From: a virus
Lineage: Duplodnaviria; Caudoviricetes
Reading direction: 5' to 3' (one strand)
Virus record (IMG/VR): IMGVR_UViG_3300027256_000005
Location: 1 to 39,372 of that record
DNA: 39,372 bases
Shown here: positions 16,993-24,486 of the stretch, piece by piece
How positions within the stretch are numbered: the stretch's first letter is position 1
Layout: every line of letters begins with the position of its first letter
The notes under the pieces: generated by a model
What the model was told of the DNA's origin: nothing
Databases searched by the model: none
Seen by the model: only the letters and a program-made list of their open reading frames with translations
Made by a program: the position numbers and the translations under genes

Positions 16993-17017
16993 GGCTTCAC
17001 TAAAAACATTTTTCTCA

Positions 17018-17260
17018 ATGGCACTTCTTCGCATTATGACCACCACCAACCCATCAACAGCAACTTCTGTAGTGGGTGGTTCTGCTTTCTTTGTTTACAA
17101 TACCGACCAAATCAACTGGCTCACTTTGGCCTCCAAAACCGGAACTACTGCGTCAAGCGTATTTGACTATCAGTTGAATGGCGGTGGAATTGGTAAAGCC
17201 GCTGTTAAGGCTTCTGTAGGAGCTATTGTTGCTGCTGCTGGAGCTTCCACCGTTAGCTAA
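17018..17260 (+). CDS. Small Ala/Ser/Thr-rich protein, putative capsid decoration protein
   Basis: ATG 17018 lies downstream of its own promoter (the track start overlaps the promoter); monocistronic; similar to the N-terminus of 1010-1636. Confidence 0.7.
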   Translation: MALLRIMTTTNPSTATSVVGGSAFFVYNTDQINWLTLASKTGTTASSVFDYQLNGGGIGKAAVKASVGAIVAAAGASTVS

Positions 17261-17282
17261 TAAAAAGAGTCATTGAGACAAG

Positions 17283-17320
17283 AAAGCCGCCTTCCACGAG
17301 AGGGCGGCTATTTGTGTTTT
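17283..17320. terminator. Intrinsic terminator between convergent genes, probably bidirectional
   Basis: AGCCGCCTT (17285-17293)/AGGGCGGCT (17301-17309), with a T-rich 3' flank and an A-rich 5' flank. Confidence 0.75.
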
Positions 17321-18356
17321 ATTTGACATCCTTGTAGTACCCCTCATAGTGCTCTATCCCAAGGCCATCTTCGGTGGAGTGCATTGAAATAGCAAGCATA
17401 TTTTCTTTATTACCATCCTTTCCGCTATCGCTCATCCATAGTGAATCGTGGGGGATGTGATAGCAAACATTATAAGGCAGTTTGTTTTTTATTCTGTCTG
17501 CCCAATAATTATCCCAGGCGGCCCTTCCAAGAAGCAAGGGAACATTGATTAGCTCGGATATAGATTTTGCATTGGGTCGGAATACAAACAAGTCTATGCC
17601 TTCGTATTCGGGTGCGTTCCTGATGTTGTCAAATGACAGAAGGCCATCGGTGTGTATGTCAACACGCTTTGCATAACAAGCATCAAGGTTATTCGTGTCC
17701 ATGTGTGTCCTGATTATTCCTGTAGCTTCGGGAACAAGACAGATGTCCCGGTTCATAATAATCAAGAGGTCGTCAGGATGAGAGAAGCATTGAATACCCT
17801 CAAGCAACATTTCATTCACTTTAGGCCATTCTTGTGTTTGGTGCAAGAGAACGGAAGCGTGAATGTCCATTGTGCTTAGTTTGCTCCACGAATAGGCAGC
17901 CAATCCATATCTTCCAAGTGTATGCGTTTCATTCACTTGATAGTCATTAACAAGAATGTATGTGGTGGCTCTGTTTAAATCGTAGTGCTGTCTTACGGAT
18001 GCGTTCTTGGCTATGCAGGCAATCATTTGTGAGGCATCATGCCCTATCATCTCTTGCGTGAATATGCCTATTGTCGTAGGCTTAGGCGTAGCTTGAACCC
18101 AAGGTGCGCTTCGGCTGATTAAAATATTCTGTTTTTCACACAAATGGTATTGCAAGCTGTCGTTTAGGATGTACAAGGTGTCCTCCTGATTCATATCTTC
18201 TTGTAGCTTCTTGAACCCTTCTGTATGCGGCTTATACACCTCAAATGGAATGCCCAATGACGTAAGAGCATAGCGAGTGTTAATCAGAATGCTTTTGTTC
18301 GTGATTTTGCTTGAATTGCCATCAAGGGCAATAATGGCTTTTTTATAGGTTTGCAT
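17319..18356 (-). CDS. Glycosyltransferase-like fusion: GT9-like C-lobe + GT-A-like domain
   Basis: N-terminal LYILNDSLQYHL; C-terminal IIMNRDICL, GIDLFVF, LGRAAWDNYW, YHIPH. Confidence 0.6.
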   Translation of the reverse strand: MQTYKKAIIALDGNSSKITNKSILINTRYALTSLGIPFEVYKPHTEGFKKLQEDMNQEDTLYILNDSLQYHLCEKQNILISRSAPWVQATPKPTTIGIFTQEMIGHDASQMIACIAKNASVRQHYDLNRATTYILVNDYQVNETHTLGRYGLAAYSWSKLSTMDIHASVLLHQTQEWPKVNEMLLEGIQCFSHPDDLLIIMNRDICLVPEATGIIRTHMDTNNLDACYAKRVDIHTDGLLSFDNIRNAPEYEGIDLFVFRPNAKSISELINVPLLLGRAAWDNYWADRIKNKLPYNVCYHIPHDSLWMSDSGKDGNKENMLAISMHSTEDGLGIEHYEGYYKDVK

Positions 18357-19383
18357 AATATTCTTGGAATGCTTGAAAACTTCTGAATGGGAGAACCAAT
18401 TTGGGGTCTTGCCCGTCTTGCTGGCAAATGGTTACTTTTTTGTCTGGGTACTTCATTGTACACATTGTTGCTGCCCTTGCGGGGTTTCTTGCAAAGTCAT
18501 TCCCAAGTTCAAACACCTTGTGTTGTGGGAACAACTCATAAACAATTTGAGCGAATTGTGTCATACAACAAATAATGGACGGTTGTTTAAGTTGTTTACA
18601 CACCATATAAATGTCCCCGAAGCGGCCAAGAATGACATATACAGGCCACTCTTCGTTTTGTTTTTCTACAACTTCCTCCCAATATTCTATTTGCTCATCA
18701 GGGTCTACAAGACCAGAGGCTACAAAATCAGGCCATGCTTTCCCCCTGTGCGTTCCGCCTTGCTCTCCACAATTATAAGCACGAGATATAGCAGGAAGGA
18801 TTTCATCCATTTCGCCCAAGTGCTTACTAAGAACTACATCCCAAGACGTTTCGTGAGAATCGTTTCCTGTTGTCCATGTGGCAAACATTTCTTCCCATCT
18901 GTCCTTCCATGTCCCCCATCCCCAACAAGAGAAATAGTTTTTTCTCATCGCCTTGCCGTAGTCTTTTGACGAAAGAGGTAGAGAAAGCTTGTTGTCGTGG
19001 CCCCATAGGCCGATGGTGTTCACAGAGTGGTCGTTCTTATATTTCCTTGCGGCCCATTCAATGTATTGCAGGGCATCATCAGAAATGATAATATCATCTT
19101 CTATCATCAGAACAAAGTCGGGATTGTCTTCCCAAGCAAGTTCTAATGCTCTTTTTACATTGTAATTACATCCACGCTTCTGCTCGGCTACATCAGGCAC
19201 AATCCCAAAGAATTCGTAAATGTTAAACACTTCTTGATTGAAAGAGCCATCTGCGTTACAATCCATAGCACAGAATATGCGGTGTTTTTCGTGGGAAAAT
19301 CCTTTTGCCCCAAATATGGCTGCAATAGAACGGCGAGAGTATTCGGGCCTGTTGTAGGCTGAAATAGCTATGTTGATTTTCAT
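18343..19383 (-). CDS. GT-A (GT2-like) glycosyltransferase with a C-terminal GT9-like N-lobe
   Basis: ISAYNRPEY, MIEDDII, FSCWGWGTWKDRW, SWD, PAISR..N.G..GGTH; then ILGRFGDIYM. Confidence 0.8.
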   Translation of the reverse strand: MKINIAISAYNRPEYSRRSIAAIFGAKGFSHEKHRIFCAMDCNADGSFNQEVFNIYEFFGIVPDVAEQKRGCNYNVKRALELAWEDNPDFVLMIEDDIIISDDALQYIEWAARKYKNDHSVNTIGLWGHDNKLSLPLSSKDYGKAMRKNYFSCWGWGTWKDRWEEMFATWTTGNDSHETSWDVVLSKHLGEMDEILPAISRAYNCGEQGGTHRGKAWPDFVASGLVDPDEQIEYWEEVVEKQNEEWPVYVILGRFGDIYMVCKQLKQPSIICCMTQFAQIVYELFPQHKVFELGNDFARNPARAATMCTMKYPDKKVTICQQDGQDPKLVLPFRSFQAFQEYYANL

Positions 19384-20159
19384 TTTAGCAGTTCGTTTAT
19401 AATGGGCATTTTATTTGTACATCCAGCAAAGTGCATAAAGATTGATAAATGATATATATGAAGTAGATAATCTTTTGGATTCATTCCATTGTAAAAAGCC
19501 GTTTCAACATTGCTGACGCAAAAGTTGAATCTTGGAGAAATCCAATGCACAACATCGTTTTTTATGAGCTCATATGACATAGCTGGCATTTCGTAATTCC
19601 ACTCAGCTCCATGATTGTCCTCATACCCATAGTATATTTTTTCAAACAAATTTTTGTGATGTTTTGGGGAACAAACAAAAACTCCAGCCTGAACCACAGC
19701 CGATAAGCCATTTCCATCTATGCCTCTGTTTGTATAATATTTTGAGGGGGTGTCATTGTCTAAAAAAGGGATTTGGGAATTATTCCAAAATGCATACAAA
19801 CGATATAGTGCTATGTCGTGTATTTCTTTGCTCGGAATAGAATAGGCATCTACCGCTCCCACCCTATCCATAGGAACTCCATCAGAAATGTCATAAGCAT
19901 AACAAGGGTTCATTATAACATCCGAATCAACCCAAACAACCCTATCGTATTCAGATGACCATTCTTGAGAAAGGATGAGTAGTTTTTGCCAGGATGCAGA
20001 CCTTTTGGAGGCCCTTAGCGAATCATCTAAAGGATGTTTTATCAAAACAAGGTCATAGTCATATTCATCGCAATATGCGTTCCATGAATCGTAGCAATAC
20101 TTGTGAAACATATTAAGATATTCATCCCCGATGGCAAGTGTTACTATGGCTTTTTTCAT
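19380..20159 (-). CDS. GT-A glycosyltransferase (GT8/GT34-like)
   Basis: SWQKLLI, VWVDSDV (DxD), QAGVFV, HFAG; ATG 20159 is ATGA-coupled. Confidence 0.8.
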   Translation of the reverse strand: MKKAIVTLAIGDEYLNMFHKYCYDSWNAYCDEYDYDLVLIKHPLDDSLRASKRSASWQKLLILSQEWSSEYDRVVWVDSDVIMNPCYAYDISDGVPMDRVGAVDAYSIPSKEIHDIALYRLYAFWNNSQIPFLDNDTPSKYYTNRGIDGNGLSAVVQAGVFVCSPKHHKNLFEKIYYGYEDNHGAEWNYEMPAMSYELIKNDVVHWISPRFNFCVSNVETAFYNGMNPKDYLLHIYHLSIFMHFAGCTNKMPIINELLK

Positions 20160-20815
20160 AGCAACTCTCTTCTCACCCAAATAGAATATCCGTTACGGAG
20201 CGTAAGATTGCAGAACAAGCATTCGTATTCCTTGTTCTTCCTCAAAGCCTGATGAGAGTGATGGTGCTTGATGTCAAGAATGTCATCAAGGATGATGATT
20301 TTACTATCGCACACTTTTTCGTATTCTGCGTTCCCTGTAAATGGAGAGCCATCAAGAAGAACCATATCCGGCTTTTCAACTGTGTCAATAATGCCCGTAG
20401 GAATGCGCCATTTAGCAATGGAAAGGATTTCGTCCTCGTACCATGAAAGCACCGTTTCTAATGAATACTCATTAAGCTGAGTTGGAATGTTCTTGTGGAA
20501 TAACTCCACATCTTCTTCGCTCATGTATTCCTCAATGCTGACAGAAGACCCGTTCAATGGCTTCACCCAATCAAGACCTTTATATCTTTGCACAAGGTTG
20601 GCGTAGCGCAAGGGGTTGGCCTCAATGGTGTATAGGGTTTTGTTATGAAGCCCTGACATTCCAATAATTAAAGCCTCTGTACTTCCATCTCCGCTTGATG
20701 CCCCCACTTCAAGCACCGTTTTTATTTCGGAGGAAAACATACGAATTGTTGTTATAATTCTATCGTACAACTCATCGTTTTTAATTTCTGCGGGTATTGC
20801 TATTGCGTTATTCAT
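20156..20815 (-). CDS. Class I SAM-dependent methyltransferase-like protein
   Basis: VLEVGASSGDGST, TIE, DMVLLDG, IILDD; ATG 20815 follows the minus-strand promoter. Confidence 0.7.
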   Translation of the reverse strand: MNNAIAIPAEIKNDELYDRIITTIRMFSSEIKTVLEVGASSGDGSTEALIIGMSGLHNKTLYTIEANPLRYANLVQRYKGLDWVKPLNGSSVSIEEYMSEEDVELFHKNIPTQLNEYSLETVLSWYEDEILSIAKWRIPTGIIDTVEKPDMVLLDGSPFTGNAEYEKVCDSKIIILDDILDIKHHHSHQALRKNKEYECLFCNLTLRNGYSIWVRRELL

Positions 20816-20819
20816 GGCC

Positions 20820-20827
20820 CAAATGTA
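20820..20827 (-). promoter_or_regulatory. -7 promoter element TACATTTG for the inverted cassette
   Basis: Plus-strand CAAATGTA; 4 nt from ATG 20815. Confidence 0.7.
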
Positions 20828-20895
20828 AAACAATTCCGTACAATTTCCGCTCTGCACAAAACATTCCTTAAATTGTTTTGCGTAAAAATATGTTG

Positions 20896-20903
20896 TAACT
20901 TGC
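20896..20903 (+). promoter_or_regulatory. Variant -7 element TAACTTGC for the structural operon
   Basis: Divergent intergenic region, 7 nt before ATG 20911; imperfect consensus. Confidence 0.4.
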
Positions 20904-20910
20904 GCCTATT

Positions 20911-21609
20911 ATGCTTGAGCGTCTTATCACCACAGTTCTCACCTACCTCAACGCAGCAGGATATTACAAGAGCGCAGAGGAGATACAGAATGCCATCAAT
21001 GTTGCCCAGCTTGACCTTTACAAAAGGCTTCGTGGGAATATGGCACAATATGCGCCGGGAAGGCCACTTGCTGCCGTAAATCCTGAGCAAACAATAACAT
21101 CTACAGATGCTCTTTCTGAGCTTTACATAACGCTTACAAACCTTCCTTTTGTTCCTCAAGAGGGGTATGTAATTGTTGAAGCCCCTCTGGGAGTAATAAC
21201 AGATATTGTTCTGTCGCTTGAGGTGGCATATAGGCCGAATGCCTCATTGTATCGTCCTGTAAACATTGTTCCTGACAATCAGTATTTGATGTTAAAGAAC
21301 AATCCCGTAGTGCCTCCTATTGAATCAAGACCTATAGGAAGGCTATATGGGTTGGCAACGTATGAAGTTTCTCCTATTACAAATGTGGATAATTTCAAAG
21401 CAAGGGTGCTCAAACTTCCTAATCCTGTGGCGTTTACTTTTGAGGAAAGCAACGGCCCGATTCCTGACATCATCATTACTTCGCGTATGGATTGGACACT
21501 TGACAAGTTGGACAATATGGTGTATGGAACGGTGGCAAATCTGGGCTTCAATCTTTCAAATGGTGTTCTTGTTCAGAGCGGAAACGCAATGAACGACAAG
21601 ATTCTCTAA
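20911..21609 (+). CDS. Putative head-tail ring/adaptor protein
   Basis: YLN..GY.....EI...IN.AQLD N-terminus and size typical of crAss-like ring proteins; structural-module position. Confidence 0.6.
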   Translation: MLERLITTVLTYLNAAGYYKSAEEIQNAINVAQLDLYKRLRGNMAQYAPGRPLAAVNPEQTITSTDALSELYITLTNLPFVPQEGYVIVEAPLGVITDIVLSLEVAYRPNASLYRPVNIVPDNQYLMLKNNPVVPPIESRPIGRLYGLATYEVSPITNVDNFKARVLKLPNPVAFTFEESNGPIPDIIITSRMDWTLDKLDNMVYGTVANLGFNLSNGVLVQSGNAMNDKIL

Positions 21610-21610
21610 T

Positions 21611-22231
21611 ATGGACTACAACTACGTTGCCAATCAAATCGTCCTGATGTTTATGGCCGGAAGGCCAACAACAGAGGGCATTGACGTTCGTGAAGTGGAA
21701 GCTTGGGTGAAGGAAGCCCACGCTAACATAGGCCGTCAGGAATACTTTGAGAACTACAAGGCCGACAACCAATCCACTGTAAACGGCAATTGGCTTGTAA
21801 GCTATCCCATAAACATTGAGGCCACTCCTGACCCCGTTACGGGCTATCACGTGGCAAGGCTGACAGAGAACTACATTCCGCTCCCTAAGAACAGGGGCGT
21901 AGTGAGAGTGAGTGTAGCCGACAAGGACTACAAGGGGAAGAAGCAAATAGCCTTCATTTCCTTTGACAATTACGAAAACATTCGTGGGGGGAGCACAATA
22001 AAGTTTGCGGGGGATTATTTCTACTCCCTGAACAATCACAATGTGTACATTCTCCCTGCCTGCAACAATCAGATAAAAATAAAGACACTAACAGTGACGC
22101 AGGCTGTGGCTAACGATGCTACATTGAATGACAGCCATGTAATGCTGATAGTGAGCCAGGTGATGCCAATGATGAATCTTAGGTTCACAAGGCAGGCAGA
22201 TATGGTGACCAACGCAAACCCTAACGTATAA
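21611..22231 (+). CDS. Putative head-tail ring/adaptor protein
   Basis: IDVREV..WV helix, L...YIPLPKNRGV; helix-beta-helix layout; adjacent to the other ring genes. Confidence 0.55.
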   Translation: MDYNYVANQIVLMFMAGRPTTEGIDVREVEAWVKEAHANIGRQEYFENYKADNQSTVNGNWLVSYPINIEATPDPVTGYHVARLTENYIPLPKNRGVVRVSVADKDYKGKKQIAFISFDNYENIRGGSTIKFAGDYFYSLNNHNVYILPACNNQIKIKTLTVTQAVANDATLNDSHVMLIVSQVMPMMNLRFTRQADMVTNANPNV

Positions 22232-22236
22232 GCAAT

Positions 22237-22992
22237 ATGAGCAGTTTGACAGATAGCGTAGATAGCATTGTAGGGCAAGTGATGGAGGACCTTGAGGTCC
22301 CTGCCAATCTCCAGTTCCGTTTTCTTGGGTGGGCATTGGACTTTGTTCGTTCTATGCAGAAGGATGTCAAGACAATGATTCCTGACAGAACCAAGGACAT
22401 CTTCTACGAGTTCGACACATACGGCTACAACACAGTGAAGCTCCCCAATGACTACTACGACTACAACACCGTAGGAACGCAAGTGGGACGCTACATTAAG
22501 GGCCTTGCTGTAAACAACCGCCTCACTACGCACAAGAGGCAGCCTGATATGTTCCCTCTGTTAAGTGGGAATGACAACGCAAACATTTGGTATTGGGGAG
22601 GGCTGTACGGCTATGGAATGCTTTGGAGCGGCACAGGAAGCCCTGTACAAGCATATGGAAACGGAAACGACTATGGGGATGTAATGATAGACACAGACAA
22701 TAAGGTGCTGATTACATCTCCTACATTCCGCTACAAGAACGTAATGCTGACGTATTACACTAATTGCATCACGCCTTCGGAGGAAACGGTGATACATCCG
22801 TGGTTCATTGAGGCTATGAAGTGGTTTCTGTATTACAAATATTATTTTCTCAAGGGGGATGCAAGGTGGCAGGCAAGTAAAATAGAATACGAGAATTTGT
22901 ATTATTTTGCTCTTACAAGCAAATACAGGATGAAGATTCCGACAATTGTCAAAATCGTTGAACGCACAAGAGGCTACAGGCACATAGTATAA
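22237..22992 (+). CDS. Putative tail tubular/ring protein (P22 gp4-like layout)
   Basis: TVKLPNDYYDY, VMLTYY, VIHPWFIEAMKWFLYY motifs. Confidence 0.65.
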   Translation: MSSLTDSVDSIVGQVMEDLEVPANLQFRFLGWALDFVRSMQKDVKTMIPDRTKDIFYEFDTYGYNTVKLPNDYYDYNTVGTQVGRYIKGLAVNNRLTTHKRQPDMFPLLSGNDNANIWYWGGLYGYGMLWSGTGSPVQAYGNGNDYGDVMIDTDNKVLITSPTFRYKNVMLTYYTNCITPSEETVIHPWFIEAMKWFLYYKYYFLKGDARWQASKIEYENLYYFALTSKYRMKIPTIVKIVERTRGYRHIV

Positions 22993-22994
22993 AT

Positions 22995-24467
22995 ATGGCA
23001 CAGGAAACGGCAGGAACCATTGGCATTCCCGTTCTCAAGAACGAAATATTGCCTTATTTGACAGACTACGCAAAGCGTCAGGAAAGGGCTGAGTTGTATA
23101 AACAGAAGGCTGCTGCTGCGGCTGCTCAGAAGGCAGCAAAGGAAGAAAAGCCCGTAGAGCTTGACCAAACGCAATATGTAGGAGCAGGATATGACAAGTG
23201 GTTAAAAGAATCTTATGATACAGACCTTGCTAAAGCAAAGGCTGTTATGGCTAATCCAGCATCAACAAGGCAAGAAAAGGTAGAGGCAGCAGCAATTTTT
23301 AAATCAGGGGGGGAATATAGAAGTAAGCTAACAAAGCAACGGGAGGATGAATGGAAGAATGCTGTTAATGACATGAATACACGTTCATTATATACAGTGC
23401 CTCCAACGTATTATTATGAACAAACAAAGGACTTGCCTGGCGTTTTGTCAACACAAGAGATTGTAACAAAGGCTAAATCAAATCCATTGCAATTTTTGGA
23501 TTTTGACAAAATAAACAAAATGTCGCAAGGTTTTGCTGTAAGAGATGTTTCTTTGGATGAACCAGGAGGTCAAAAGAAAACTCAATTTAAGGGAAGCGCA
23601 TTGTTTAACTATGAACTTGTTGATGACCCCAATGATGTATTTGTGGGTAAAAAAGTTCCAGTAATAAAAGAAGTGAATGGCGAGGTGGCAAAAAAATTTA
23701 TTGCCGCAAACCCTGAATTACAACAAGCCTTTAATGATTGGACAAAAATTAAGGCAGATGAAATTATAGCCGCAGGGAATTTAGCAGGAACCCAAGTAGA
23801 CCCAGCAAAAGCCGAAAAAATGGCCGTAGATGAGTTTCTGAAAAAATCATTCCGTGATGCCCCAATACAATATGGAATGAACATCACCCCACGCACCCCA
23901 AGAAGCGGAGGTGTTGTTGGAGGAACGCCTCCGGCATCCACTACAGGGCAGAGTAACTATGTGGCAATGCCAGTTTATAGTATGGAGAAAGACAAGAAGA
24001 CGAATAGGGAAGAGAATTTGGGTGAACAAAATTTTGAAATTGGAAGTGCCTCAGATAAATTTTGGCCTATTACATCAAAAGACCATCCCGCAGGCGTAAA
24101 AGTATATTTAATGATGGATGATGAAGAAGAAGATGTGCAAAATTCTTTTAATAAAGCAAACGATGGAACTTATATTGCAAAAAGAGGATTTAAGTATTCC
24201 AATCCAACAGAAAGAACCGTATTCTTTGCAAAGAATGACATACCATTCTATAACCCCGATGGAAGCGTTAAGTATAAAATTAAACAAGGAAGTCCAATAG
24301 ATAATACAACGGGGGACAAATTATTTAATGATGGCAGAGGTAGTAGCGTAGAAACTTTACATGGATATGATGTGACGGCCACAATGGAAAATGGCCCCGT
24401 GGTGAGAATGTTCGTTCCTGTTGGACAAGACGCAAACATCAAGGCCGCCATAGGGAAAAAGAAATAA
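22995..24467 (+). CDS. Putative internal virion/ejection protein
   Basis: 490 aa, no Cys seen, helical N-terminus; lies between the ring genes and the giant virion genes. Confidence 0.55.
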   Translation: MAQETAGTIGIPVLKNEILPYLTDYAKRQERAELYKQKAAAAAAQKAAKEEKPVELDQTQYVGAGYDKWLKESYDTDLAKAKAVMANPASTRQEKVEAAAIFKSGGEYRSKLTKQREDEWKNAVNDMNTRSLYTVPPTYYYEQTKDLPGVLSTQEIVTKAKSNPLQFLDFDKINKMSQGFAVRDVSLDEPGGQKKTQFKGSALFNYELVDDPNDVFVGKKVPVIKEVNGEVAKKFIAANPELQQAFNDWTKIKADEIIAAGNLAGTQVDPAKAEKMAVDEFLKKSFRDAPIQYGMNITPRTPRSGGVVGGTPPASTTGQSNYVAMPVYSMEKDKKTNREENLGEQNFEIGSASDKFWPITSKDHPAGVKVYLMMDDEEEDVQNSFNKANDGTYIAKRGFKYSNPTERTVFFAKNDIPFYNPDGSVKYKIKQGSPIDNTTGDKLFNDGRGSSVETLHGYDVTATMENGPVVRMFVPVGQDANIKAAIGKKK

Positions 24468-24486
24468 ATAAAATATTTATAAAAAT

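Noticed and set aside
16961-17017. N-terminal extension given by the ORF track (also 3864, 9482, 11215, 12823, 20857)
   Set aside because: These alternative starts overlap promoters or upstream genes; downstream ATGs have better context or stop-start coupling.
18364-18969. 201-aa plus-strand ORF within the glycosyltransferase cassette
   Set aside because: Antisense to a gene with clear GT motifs; implausible composition.
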